In this document: positions 9,717 through 19,714 of the stretch, in pieces
Numbering within the stretch: the stretch's first letter is position 1
How the letters are laid out: every line of letters starts with the position of its first letter
Source of the DNA: Candidatus Latescibacterota bacterium
Lineage (GTDB): Bacteria; Latescibacterota; CBDEFO01
Assembly (NCBI GenBank): GCA_965237525.1
Contig: CBDEFO010000008.1
Location: 896,001-960,000, forward strand
Direction: 5' to 3'
Length of the DNA: 64,000 nucleotides
Program-made: the position numbers and the translations under genes
Notes under the pieces: model-generated
The model's input: only the letters and a program-made list of their open reading frames with translations
Told to the model about the DNA's origin: nothing
Databases searched by the model: none

Positions 9717-10295
9717 ATGTCCTCAAAGATTGGGGTGTTGGCTCTGACAGTCGTATTTGCACTATTTCCTTGGGTGGCAGGTGTGTATGCAGGTGAGAAA
9801 TCAGAGGCAGAGTCTAAGACCTCCTCCAACGAGATCAAGATAGGTGTGGGAGGAATGATGTGCGACGGCTGTGTGGAAAAACTTGAGAAAGCTCTGTGGA
9901 GCAGTATGGGTGATTCGGTCAGTGTCAAGGTCAGCCTCGGTTCGGAAATGGCACAGCTTACCTGCCCAATCGGAAAGTTCCTTGAGGTGGAGGTGCTCCA
10001 AAAGGAGGTTACAAATACCGGCTTTACCCCGAAGGATGTCGAAATCAAGGCTACAGGACGTCTGGTTACGCTGAAAGATGGAAAACCTGCTTTCCATGTA
10101 ACCGGAAGCAAGGAGAGCTTTCTGCTCGTTCAAAATGACCAACTCGATAAGCTGAAGAAGAGAACGGGAAGCCAGGATAGCGATATTGTGATAAGCGGTA
10201 GGCTAAGTGCTATCCCGTCAAAAAATAAAGAAAAGGAGAGCACAGGGCCACCTTTGGCTCTTTTGATAGAAAGCTTTCAGATAGCAAAAAAGTAA
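9717..10295 (+). CDS. Secreted heavy-metal-associated (HMA) domain protein
   Basis: Signal peptide followed by GMMCDGC. Confidence 0.75.
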   Translation: MSSKIGVLALTVVFALFPWVAGVYAGEKSEAESKTSSNEIKIGVGGMMCDGCVEKLEKALWSSMGDSVSVKVSLGSEMAQLTCPIGKFLEVEVLQKEVTNTGFTPKDVEIKATGRLVTLKDGKPAFHVTGSKESFLLVQNDQLDKLKKRTGSQDSDIVISGRLSAIPSKNKEKESTGPPLALLIESFQIAKK

Positions 10296-10332
10296 AAGCA
10301 GTTCAATAGGACGGTATACTAAAATCACAATG

Positions 10333-10371
10333 AAAAAGCCCTGGGGAATAACATCTCCAGGGCCTTTTTTC
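10333..10371 (+). terminator. Intrinsic terminator, probably bidirectional
   Basis: GCCCTGGGGA/TCTCCAGGGC stem flanked by an A tract and a T tract between convergent genes. Confidence 0.75.
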
Positions 10372-10463
10372 TACAAGAATCGTCAAGCCTCATAACCATC
10401 CGATGCCCGGCCCTTCCAATATGCAAGCGACACCGACGGCTTAAGACCTAACGCTTGTTTCTT

Positions 10464-10907
10464 CTACGCACTGGTCAGGGCCGTGTGGAACTCGGCCCAG
10501 TCATCCAGGCTGTTCAGACGAACCGCATCCTTGATCGACCCGTCGTCCTCAACTCCAGCCGCCGACAGAATCTCTCCCCGCGTCTCATCTGCGTGGTTAT
10601 AGCCCGTGATGGCGGCGTTCAGCGCATCTATTTCGCTCGCATCGATGCTGCCGCCGCTCTGCTCCACGACCCATTGTTCGAACTGCGGGTAAGTAGGCAG
10701 ATTATCCTTAAGATAATTCAGAGTCGTCTCACGGTCCAGTTTCAGTCCGTCTAGAACCATCTGATCAAATCCCATCCCGCACTCGTCGTAGCCCTCCGGA
10801 AGTTGGCCTTTGGCGCTTAAAAGCGTCTTCAACCACAATCGGGGCAGGTGAACTACACCTAACGTACCTGCAACACCAGAGCCTATTAAAGGGACAATCC
10901 CTGCCAT
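10464..10907 (-). CDS. DUF5069-like protein
   Basis: GVVHLPRLWLK...YDECGMGFDQMVLDGL...LNSLDDW pattern; GGAGG RBS. Confidence 0.6.
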   Translation of the reverse strand: MAGIVPLIGSGVAGTLGVVHLPRLWLKTLLSAKGQLPEGYDECGMGFDQMVLDGLKLDRETTLNYLKDNLPTYPQFEQWVVEQSGGSIDASEIDALNAAITGYNHADETRGEILSAAGVEDDGSIKDAVRLNSLDDWAEFHTALTSA

Positions 10908-11069
10908 CTATTTCCTCCTTTATTTATAAGGTTGGCAATTGACCAAGAAGCTGCATCTATCCTAATTCCACGGATCAGCTACTTTCGCTTGATATTTAAG
11001 CCGTCTTTCATCGGCTTCCTCTCAATCTGGAAGCACAGATAAGCAATAATACGAATTGAGGGTCTGTGA

Positions 11070-11113
11070 TGTGATGCAGATTACAAAATAATAAAAGACG
11101 AGGCAGATGTCAA
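11070..11113 (-). promoter_or_regulatory. Promoter with overlapping CRP/Rex-like operator (copy 1)
   Basis: Minus strand TTGACA-17 bp-TATTTT; TGTGATGCAGATTACA at 11070-11085; homologous to 27400-27443. Confidence 0.65.
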
Positions 11114-11216
11114 CAAAACTTTCGTCGTTTAGATTCAAGGAAGTTTCAGCTAACAGAAGTGTCGAAGGCCTTGCAAACTAAGCTCGACTCTCTGTATCAC
11201 CTTCCTTTCGTAACGC

Positions 11217-13313
11217 CTATCTCATCAAGATCAGTTTTCTTGTCCGAGCAAATCTATCTGCTTTCAGCCGATACAGATATACTCCACTGGCAAGACTCCT
11301 TGCACTATCATCTTTACCGTCCCAGACCACAGAGTAACTGCCTCCGTCCATCTCCTCATCAACCAATGTCGCAACTTTCTGTCCCACTATGTTAAAGACA
11401 GATATAGTAACGCGGGTTCCAAGCGGAAATCACGTCTCCCATCTTGCCCTCCCAGACGATCGGAAGATCCACGTGTCCGGGTGTATCCCCCGACTTAGTT
11501 TCCGACCAGGCAAGTGTGCCTGCAATGGGTGCCCTCTTAGCTAACACTCCGCAGTCCGGATCAGCCGGGAAGCAGGGGATAGCCTCTACGACGTAGCGAA
11601 GGACTAAGGCGGCATCGAAAGCCCCGACCGTGCCGTTGCCGGAGACATCCGCAACGCGAGCAGAAGTACCAGGAAGTGTGATCAGTCCCACCGTATGCTG
11701 AAGGATCAACACAGCATCGAAGGAGGTGACCTCTCCGTTGTCTGACACATCACCAAGCAGGGGTGGCCTGTCCAGTGTAAAGTTCCCATCTCCCATTGGT
11801 CGGCACTGAGGTCTGGACGCCGTCTGAGGCAACTACCGACCACGTCACAGGGAGCTGCACCTTGGGCAGGCCGAAGGGGTTAAAATCGAGCACTAAGGTG
11901 GTGTCTTCCACTACAAAGCTCGTGTCTATTTGATCGACAACGATGGTGAGCGTATACGCCAGACTGTCTCTGTCTATGTCGGGTGCCTCTGTCCAGAGGA
12001 AGAGGACTGAATCGCGCGGAACAAGACTACTATCGGGGGGAGACAACCGCACAAAGTTCCCTGGAGCGTCGTTAGTCGGGGTTACCGTCACTACCACTGT
12101 CGCTGTGTCGGTCAAGGCGGTATCTATAACCACGTATTTGAACGTGTCTGTACCGTTGAAATCTGTCTTGGAGTGTAAGTCACCGTACTGTCGCCAGGGT
12201 CGATGACGACCGTTCCAACAGTGCCTGTAGTATCTAGCGATTGTACCTTTATCGTGTCCTCGTCAATGTCGAAATCGTTGACAAGCACAAAGATAGTAAT
12301 TGTCGTATCCTCAGGCGTGGTGACGGTGTCGTTCACGGCAACTGGCGGGTTGTTTATAAATTCTACGGTAAATGGATGAATGTGCTGCAGGCTGCTTAGG
12401 CCGTTTTCATCTGTAGCGTGGATATGCATATTGTAAGTGCTATCAATCCCCAGGATCGATAGCACTGCCGTGAAATTGACCTCCACATCGATGGCGGGTG
12501 CAAAATTTGAGTAGGTAAAACTCTGCGTCCTTGCGCTCGGTCTGCTGAAATAGTATTCAACAGCAGTGATATTTGGCGCAACATCCAGCCTCTTCTTCAA
12601 AAATGGACTGGTATAAGATAAGCTCCAGTTGCTGCTGTCGTCCCGCGCCCGAACAAAAAGTACGTGAAGTCCGTCGCCTGTGCCACTCAAGTCAACCACA
12701 AAATCCTTTGTGATGTCAACTCCTGCTGTAATAGGAATATCCACTCCCGCTCCAAACCCTGGGTCTGTGTCTATGTAATACTCCGCCTTTGTGACCTTCG
12801 GCTCAACATCGAGCCTCTTCTTCAAAAATGGACTCGTATAGGACAAACTCCAATTGCTACTGTTATCCCGCGCTCGAACAAAAAGTACGTGAAGTCCATC
12901 GCCTGTGCCGCTCAAGTCAACTACAAAATCCTTCGTGATGTCAACTCCCGCTGCAATAGAGATATCCACGCCATTTCCGAATCCGGGGTCTGTGTCTATG
13001 TAATACTCCGCCTTTGTGACATTCGGTGCGACTTCCAGCCTCTTCTTCAAGAACGGACTGGTGTACGATAAACTCCAGTTGCTGCTGTCGTCCCGCGCAC
13101 GTACAAAAAGTACGTGAAGTCCATCGGTTACGCCCGAAAGATTTACTACAAAATCCTTAGTGATGTCAATTCCCGCTGTAATAGGAACATCCACGCCATT
13201 TCCGAATCCGGGGTCTGTGTCTATGTAATATTCGGCCTTTGTGACATTCGGTGCAACTTCCAGCCTTTTCTTCAGGAACGGATTGGTATAAGATAAACTC
13301 CATTTGCTGCTGT
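11217..13313 (-). pseudogene. 3' part of an interrupted surface protein: 75-aa repeats, Ig/cadherin-like domains, dockerin, FlgD/T9SS-like C-terminal domain
   Basis: EYYIDTDPGFG repeats, NNPPVAVNDTVTTPEDT, dockerin GDVSDNGEVTSFDA/ADVSGNGTVGAFDA, CTD ...NIVGQKVATLVDE...SGVYLYRL...KLILMR* ending at 11217. Frameshifts near 12168 and 11793 and a deletion near 11420. Confidence 0.85.
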
Positions 13314-13836
13314 CGTCCCGCGCCCGCTCCGGATCGTCCGGACGGCTCCAGCCGTTCTCGTGGTTCTGCCAGTCCCGCAATGCGTCAAACGTCTTCTGCC
13401 ATCCAGGAGCCGCGATATTCAGGCTCTTGCCGGTCTCAAGATCGCAGCGCGCCGCCAAGACATGCACGTGGACACCCCCGCCCGCTTCGCGGTGCTGGAC
13501 CGCTGCCCAGGCGTAGCGGTCCGGTTCGAGCCCCGCCCAGGCGGTTTTCTCGAACTCGTCCACCACTCGGCCGATTTGCGCATCGCTCGGTTTGTCCTCC
13601 GGTGCCCAGGCGATGACGCCCGACGTGTACTTGTGCTCGAACTGAAGCGCGTCGGCCACGTCGGCCACCTGGTACGGATTGCCCCGCAGCACTTTGACTT
13701 CTTCCGGGTTCTTCTCCGGGTCCCGGTCCTGATCTTGGTCCTGATCCTGTTCGGGGGCGAGGTTTTGCTCGCGGGTGAGGTAGTCCGCCGCCGCCGCTGC
13801 CGACCCGGTTCCGCGAGCGAGAAACTTGATGATCAT
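13314..13836 (-). pseudogene. mobA: N-terminal part of the plasmid relaxase (MbeA/MOB-P-like), fused in frame to host repeats (ORF 13836-12124)
   Basis: MIIKFLARGTGS...ADYL catalytic Tyr, KYTSGVI, QHREAGGGVHVHVL His motif; ATGA overlap with mobC. Confidence 0.9.
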
Positions 13837-14159
13837 CGCGGTTCCCCCTCGACGGTCAAAGTGTCGAGCGCCCGCTCGATGGCGACCAGATGCGTGACCA
13901 CCTCCAGCGCCTCGACGTTCTCCTTGTGGGTGTTCGCCCAGCGGGCGATCTGGTTCAGGTTCGACCCGACCCGCGCCAGCTCCCGCGTGCGCTCTCGTTC
14001 CAGCTCGGCGTGCGCGACCGTCCAGGTCCGCACCCGGCCAACTGACCGGCGCACCAGATCCGACAGCGATAACCCAACGGAGCGGGCCTTGGTGTGCCAC
14101 TCGGCCCGCTCCGCTTCGCTGGCTCTGATCTTCACCCAGACTTCCCGCCGCGCGCCCAT
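13833..14159 (-). CDS. mobC: Relaxosome accessory protein MobC
   Basis: RHH-like N-terminus (VKIRASEAE...LSDLVR) and LARVGSNLNQIARWAN. Confidence 0.9.
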   Translation of the reverse strand: MGARREVWVKIRASEAERAEWHTKARSVGLSLSDLVRRSVGRVRTWTVAHAELERERTRELARVGSNLNQIARWANTHKENVEALEVVTHLVAIERALDTLTVEGEPR

Positions 14160-14181
14160 GATGCTCCTTCCCTCGCCGGAT

Positions 14182-14264
14182 GGGGGTCGAAGGGGGCTTG
14201 CCCCCTCGCCAGTCCCTGCCGGGGACCGCGCGCAAGCGTGGCCCCAAAGGGTAGGCTGGCTTCA
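14182..14264 (+). other. Putative oriT (ColE1-like nic region)
   Basis: Two GC-rich inverted repeats followed by CTGGCTT (14256-14262), resembling ColE1 CTGG^CTTA; immediately upstream of mobC. Confidence 0.6.
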
Positions 14265-14390
14265 CTAAGATCTGAGTATATCTGTTCCCGGTGTCCTTTG
14301 GGGATGAGAGGCTATAGGATTCTGTACAGTGATATCAAATGGAATACAAAGTGCTTCGGGGCTTCAGGCTTGACCTTGGGCCTTCAGTTC

Positions 14391-14582
14391 CTAGTCGCTT
14401 GGATCGTTCCTCGCGGCTTCCGCCTCGGCTTCGGTAATCGTTTCATCTTCCATCAAACCGATCTGATCTCCCAACTCCCGCGTCAATTCCACCGCTTCAC
14501 CTGTCGTCAGCGCCTTCCAAAATTCATCCTCGGTTTCGACCGAGAGCACCAGCTCGTCACCGTTCCGTTTCTTGCGGATCAT
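14391..14582 (-). CDS. Small acidic hypothetical plasmid protein
   Basis: 63-aa ORF with a GGAAGGA RBS. Confidence 0.5.
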   Translation of the reverse strand: MIRKKRNGDELVLSVETEDEFWKALTTGEAVELTRELGDQIGLMEDETITEAEAEAARNDPSD

Positions 14583-14689
14583 GGTTTTCCTTCCGTGTTT
14601 TCCCGCTAGGTCGAGCCGCGTATCGGCTTGACCTGCCCCGGTGCGGAGGCTATCCGGGTTTTGACTTTGGGTTTCTTCCCAGGTCGATT

Positions 14690-14810
14690 TTATCCACAGT
14701 AGTCGTCGCTCCTACTACTTGTTCTGTACTACTTGTTCTGTACTACTTGGATGGGGGTTCACTTTGCACGTATTTAGACCGGGTGGGGGGTTTCACTTTG
14801 CACGTGGAAA
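14690..14810. repeat. Plasmid oriV-like region: DnaA box plus iteron-like repeats
   Basis: TTATCCACA at 14690-14698; TACTACTTGTTCTG x2.6 (14713-14749); two copies of GGGGGTT(T)CACTTTGCACGT; downstream of repA. Confidence 0.7.
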
Positions 14811-14949
14811 ACTCTCCAGAATCACATAAGCCTGTGGAAAGAGGCGATTTACGGCCTCTGATGATTCAAGAACGGCGGGGCATACCTAGAAGTCCAACTC
14901 GGCAGGGGAAGGCCGCTGACGGGCCGCTGAGAGGGCGGGAAAGGGCCGA

Positions 14950-15923
14950 TTAGCTTGGTAGCTGGCCCTGATTGATCGGCGCGATCTTGGGAGTTGAGGG
15001 ATGCAGGATCAGAAGGCCCGGAGCCGTTGAGTAGTTCAAGTCCTTCCAGGCCAGCTTGATCTTCTGCAACTCCCGTAGAACCTTACGGCGGAAGTTCTTG
15101 ACGGTTTGCTTGTCGCTGGCCTTGTCCGGGTCCAAGCCAAACTGACGGTACACCTGCCGCCAGGTGAGGCGCAGCGGAGCGCGAAGCGGGAAGGTGCGGT
15201 AGACCAGCCAGAGGTAGAGATCGAGGCCCAAGGAACATCGCTTGAGGGCTGTGAGGGTGTTCATGTCGAGCGGCACCGGATGGTTGATGATCTCGTTGAA
15301 GAAGTCCTCGCTGAGTTCGATCTTGCTGTCCCAGAGTGAGGGCTGGTCGGGCTTGCGCTCGTTCCACCAAAACTCGGTGCGGCGGGCGATCACGGCGTTC
15401 ACCGTGGCTTCGCCGTGCTGATCCTCGTAGAGCAACTGGATATGAGCGTTGAAGAGCCGCTTCATGTGGTTGCGGAGCTTAATTTGCTCGCGGCCCCCGC
15501 CGCTACTGTAGACCCCAGGGTCTTCATGAACTTCGCCAGGGACGGCCCTAGAATCAGTACACGGCTTTGGGTCCGTACCGCTTCGGTCGAGACCCAGGCC
15601 ATCAAGAGCCTTGGAAAATTGCCGAAGGGGAGCTTGTTATCGCCTATAGCGGTCATGTAGAGCGTGAAGGGGCCGTTGACGCGCTTGTACTCTTTCCGGG
15701 TGCCGGGGTTGTTGGTGCGGGGCAGGCTGCATAGCGCCAACAGCCGCGCCATGAAGCCGAGATCGGGGTCCGCTTCGCTGGCCGAAACCAACTGGTTCAC
15801 CTGATCGAAGCGGGTGAAGTGGTGCACCGCTTGGGGCGTGGCGTCGCGGATCAACTTCACCGGCCCGCCCATACCGGAGAGGGCATCACCGATCGGAACC
15901 AACTCGCCGCGTTGACGCTGCAT
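14950..15923 (-). pseudogene. repA: Plasmid replication initiator RepA (RepA_C-like), split by a 1-bp deletion
   Basis: FMARLLALCSLP, LPFGNFPRLLMAW, HPVPLD, LDLYLWL. Adding one G in the run at 15513-15516 restores LGVYSSGGGREQIKLRNHMKRLF. Confidence 0.85.
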
Positions 15924-15990
15924 GCTTTATTCTCCTATGTTCCGCAGACAAAACCACTCGGTATCGGTGTCCGGTGCGCAACGCTTCGAC

Positions 15991-18081
15991 CTACGGCTTT
16001 AGATCCTCGAAACGGCTCGTCAACTCTTTGAACAACGCCTCTGCCCGGTCCAGAATCTCTTTCGGTATATCTTTTGGCTCAGTCGTTGACCACGCCACCA
16101 CGATCCGGCGCGCGACCTCCGGCTTCCATCCACCCGGCAGCTCGACACCATGCCGCACCGCGGCGCTCTTGATTTGATCCACCAGACTGCCTTTGCTGCG
16201 ATCATCCTGATTAAGACTGACTTTGCCGACGACCTCTTTCAGCACGGGTAAAATCGTCGCCTCACCGATGATGTCCTCGGTTTCACATTTTTCTTTTCCG
16301 AGCACATCTCCCAACATCAACACGGCCTTTTCATGACCCGCATACAGTTTCTTCATCAGCGCGTCCTGTCGCGCTCTCCCTGCATCGTCGCCGTCTAGCA
16401 ACACAACCGGCCGCACCTCCTGTCCCAGAAACAGCGACGCGATGTGGCCTACCATCTTGGTTCCGCCGCAGGGTGTAATGTAAATATCTTCGGGTAAACC
16501 CTCTCGTCCTAGCGCATGGCAGCACAGGTTCAGGCCGTGCAGATACAGGTAATCCGTCAATCCCTCCACCAGCACATTCTTCTTGTGCTGGAACAGCCCG
16601 CGCACCATCGCATAACCCGCCGCCGCTTGCAATGGGAAAATCGTTTCCCTGTCTTCCGGCCAGCTATCGACACTGATCCGCGAATGCCCGGTGTCATCTT
16701 CCGTGACTGGACGAACCCGGTGGAGGCGCTCGCTATCAATCAAGAACGGCGAGTGCGTGGTGTAAATCAGCGGGTTGTCCTCAGCCAGCTTCTCGAAGAA
16801 CGACATGAGCTCCTGCTGTGCCGTCGGGTGCAAGTGCAACCCCGGCTCGTCGAGTAGTAGGATCGCATCCTCGTGACCCTCCTTCGATTCGACAAGAAAG
16901 ACGAGGTAGAACGAGAAAAACCACTGAAACCCTTTGCTACGTGACTCCAGTTCAATTTCGACACCCGGTCTTCTGTCGTCCGACACCCAAATACGAAAAT
17001 AGTCGCCATCAACGTCGTACCGGATGTTGTGACGCCGCTGACGAAACCATTCCGAGAATCGCTTTGTGATGTCGAGGGAAGCGGAGTTGACCTTAACTGC
17101 CCGAAGTTCTTTGCGTTCTTGGTCACTCTTGATCATTGCCGGTGTAACTTCTTGTTTCGCTTGTCTCGCTTCGGCAGCTTCCTCTTGTCCCAGTTCCGCG
17201 AGGTCCTGCGCGTCGAGACCCACGTCTTTAAACATCGCATTGATCGTGCGGATTCTCGCTTCGTCCGGTAAGCGCTCGAGATCTTCCAGGAATCGAGGTA
17301 GGTAGACCGCACTATCAAGAATCCCGTAATTCTCGAAATAGATGAACACCGGCAACTCGCTCTCAATGGCTTCATCGAGCTGCGGTAGGAGTGGCGCTGT
17401 CTTCGCCCTGACGCGCAGCTCATCGACCTTCTCGAGAATAACTTCAACCAAATCCGCCGTCGCTGGCTGCGTGTGTGCATTCGCTTCTCTACGCACTCTG
17501 TCCAACAGCCTGACGCCCTTCTCGGTCCGCAAATTATGTAGCTTTCCCACAGCGTCCTTGTTGCGGTCGGCCCAGTTCACCAATTTTGTCCAAAACGGCG
17601 GCATGGCTTGCTCCTGGTCTCCCACCGTCGCGGCCAGACGCCGCGCTCCTTTTGCGAATACATCCAGCACCGTCGTCAGTTCCTCCGGGGCGACTAGGTC
17701 CTCCACCACCTCAGGGTCGTATTCGATCTTCAGATTATCGTCATAAGAGCGCGTCAGAACCGCCTTTTGCGGTATCTCCGCACCGTTTAGGAGATCCCCA
17801 AGTTCCTCGCGGAATTCATCTGACAGCTCGAATTCAACCTGACACACAGGCCAGTCCTCGTCATCTCGGTACTCAGCCGTGAAACGGTCACGCGGAAACT
17901 CCCGTTGTGCGTTATAAGGCTCCTCGGTTGACGGGTTGAATTTGTGCAGCGCCTTCAGCAACGCTGTTTTCCCCGCCTCGTTTCGACCGACAAAGACCGT
18001 CGCCCGCTCAAGCGGAATCCACCCGCTGTCGTTGATGTTGCGGTAGTTCAGAACCCGGAACTTCTTCGCGATCAGCTTCAT
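15991..18081 (-). CDS. OLD-like ABC ATPase-TOPRIM nuclease
   Basis: GRNEAGKT Walker A, RSKG signature, LLLDEP Walker B, TTHSP H-loop, TOPRIM VLVEGLTD and LDGD. Confidence 0.85.
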   Translation of the reverse strand: MKLIAKKFRVLNYRNINDSGWIPLERATVFVGRNEAGKTALLKALHKFNPSTEEPYNAQREFPRDRFTAEYRDDEDWPVCQVEFELSDEFREELGDLLNGAEIPQKAVLTRSYDDNLKIEYDPEVVEDLVAPEELTTVLDVFAKGARRLAATVGDQEQAMPPFWTKLVNWADRNKDAVGKLHNLRTEKGVRLLDRVRREANAHTQPATADLVEVILEKVDELRVRAKTAPLLPQLDEAIESELPVFIYFENYGILDSAVYLPRFLEDLERLPDEARIRTINAMFKDVGLDAQDLAELGQEEAAEARQAKQEVTPAMIKSDQERKELRAVKVNSASLDITKRFSEWFRQRRHNIRYDVDGDYFRIWVSDDRRPGVEIELESRSKGFQWFFSFYLVFLVESKEGHEDAILLLDEPGLHLHPTAQQELMSFFEKLAEDNPLIYTTHSPFLIDSERLHRVRPVTEDDTGHSRISVDSWPEDRETIFPLQAAAGYAMVRGLFQHKKNVLVEGLTDYLYLHGLNLCCHALGREGLPEDIYITPCGGTKMVGHIASLFLGQEVRPVVLLDGDDAGRARQDALMKKLYAGHEKAVLMLGDVLGKEKCETEDIIGEATILPVLKEVVGKVSLNQDDRSKGSLVDQIKSAAVRHGVELPGGWKPEVARRIVVAWSTTEPKDIPKEILDRAEALFKELTSRFEDLKP

Positions 18082-18121
18082 CTCTTAATCATCCTCAACA
18101 TCCCTGTTTTCCCTAGGCATC

Positions 18122-19714
18122 TTAAGCCCGCGCCGTTTTGAATAGTTCGCCTTGCTTCTGTTCTTGCGGCCGCGCCGGGGCGGGAAGCAGATCCGCGATC
18201 GCCGTCGCTGGCACGTTGCCCAGTTCCTTCGGTTCCAGCTTGTAAAGTCCGCCGCCGTACACCCGACCTTCACCGAGCATCGCTAGCAGGCAGATCTCGT
18301 TCAGAAGCTTCCAGACCTTCCTTTTTAAAGCTGGGCTGGTCTTCAGGGCACGTTCGATCGGCCCCTTCGGATACAGCATCAAATACACATTCGCTGCCGT
18401 CGCCCGCGAATTGTTCAGTATGAAGCGAAACGGCCGACCGCTCTTTGTGTCGCTCCGGCCGAGATAGGTGCATACGAACGGCGGCGGCGGCCGGTTCTCT
18501 TGTGTGTACCACGGCGTCCTATGCCGGCAGAGATAGCGTTTAGGTACGCCCTGCGCCTTGCCTTCTTCAAGATAGGCCCACAGCTTCGGATAGCGCCGTC
18601 TGACCTCGTCTTCCTCTAATTGGCAGTCAAGCAAGAACGATCGCCGCTCCAGCACGGGGTTTCCCCTCTTATCCGCGACGACCTCGTCATCCGGCAAATA
18701 ACGCGGGCTTGGCAATATCGGCTGAAACGCCTCCATCGGCAGCTCCCGCCGCTCGATTTCTTCAGCCGACAGAATGAAATAGCTATTGTTGCCCGTGGCG
18801 AGCCCACGCTTGATCTTGAAGAAATCGCCCAGAACCGGCGCATCCGTCTGGTCAAAGCTCTCTTTCATCGGGTACCGCGTCCACTTCGGGTCGCGGCGTA
18901 ACGTATCGACGGGCACCAGACGCTTCAGTTTCGGTTGTTCCAGTGAGCCTCCATAGGTGAAACGTACTTCGTGCTCCGCAGTCGGCGCTTCCTTGCGGAA
19001 CCACACCACGGCCGACGACACCAGCGCATCGCCGAATTGCACATCACTCGGATCGAAGCGATGAATGTGCAGCAGCGTCACCTTGTCGAGCAGATAACCC
19101 TTCACCGAAGCGCCATAGTTCACGTCCATAAACTCGCTCGGGATCAACCAGCCCGCCAAACCGCCGTTCGCCATCCACGCATGGCTCAACCCGAGGAAGT
19201 AGCAATACAGCCCGGCCAAGCCGTTGATCTCCACCCCACAGGCTTCCTGCGTGCGCACCTTCAGGCGCTGTTTCTCGCCGTTGACAATATGGTGATGCCG
19301 CACATAGGGCGGATTACAGATCAGCAGATTGAACCTTTCAGAGTCCTTCAGCCCTTCAGCTTGCGTGAAGTCCTCCAGATGCACATTCAACCCCGTCGAT
19401 CCCCACAACTCCGCCGCTGGCGTGCCGTAATGCGGGTCGATTTCGTAACCATCAGCCGAGCCGATACGGTTTTTCGGAAACACGTCAAGTAAGGCTGAGT
19501 AGAACGACCCGGTTCCGATAGCCGGATCAATGAAACGCACTTCTGTGCTCTTTCCGAGATGCGCTTTTGCATACCGGAGTATGTCAACGGCCAGCCCGGT
19601 CGGCGTGGCAAACTGCCCCATCCGATTCCGTTCCGCCTGCTCCTTCTCTGCGTCCAGACCCCCTTGCAGGGCCAGCCGACGCACTTCAAACCTTGAAATC
19701 TCTTTCTTCGCCAT
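18122..19714 (-). CDS. N6-adenine DNA methyltransferase (gamma class), cognate to the adjacent endonuclease
   Basis: GQFATP, DPAIGTG SAM motif, NPPY catalytic motif, YGGGLYKLEPKEL. Confidence 0.92.
   Translation of the reverse strand: MAKKEISRFEVRRLALQGGLDAEKEQAERNRMGQFATPTGLAVDILRYAKAHLGKSTEVRFIDPAIGTGSFYSALLDVFPKNRIGSADGYEIDPHYGTPAAELWGSTGLNVHLEDFTQAEGLKDSERFNLLICNPPYVRHHHIVNGEKQRLKVRTQEACGVEINGLAGLYCYFLGLSHAWMANGGLAGWLIPSEFMDVNYGASVKGYLLDKVTLLHIHRFDPSDVQFGDALVSSAVVWFRKEAPTAEHEVRFTYGGSLEQPKLKRLVPVDTLRRDPKWTRYPMKESFDQTDAPVLGDFFKIKRGLATGNNSYFILSAEEIERRELPMEAFQPILPSPRYLPDDEVVADKRGNPVLERRSFLLDCQLEEDEVRRRYPKLWAYLEEGKAQGVPKRYLCRHRTPWYTQENRPPPPFVCTYLGRSDTKSGRPFRFILNNSRATAANVYLMLYPKGPIERALKTSPALKRKVWKLLNEICLLAMLGEGRVYGGGLYKLEPKELGNVPATAIADLLPAPARPQEQKQGELFKTARA

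Noticed and set aside
12124..14265. 713-aa ORF as a natural relaxase-adhesin protein
   Set aside because: The first 143 codons overlap mobC and oriT; the real start is ATG 13836, and the fusion is explained by the integration junction.
13360..14609. Long plus-strand ORFs (302 aa, 171 aa) and similar antisense ORFs across the window
   Set aside because: Shadow frames opposite well-supported genes in GC-rich or repetitive DNA, with no recognisable motifs.
14713..14810. CRISPR array
   Set aside because: Short adjacent repeats without unique spacers and no cas genes; the position next to repA fits iterons.
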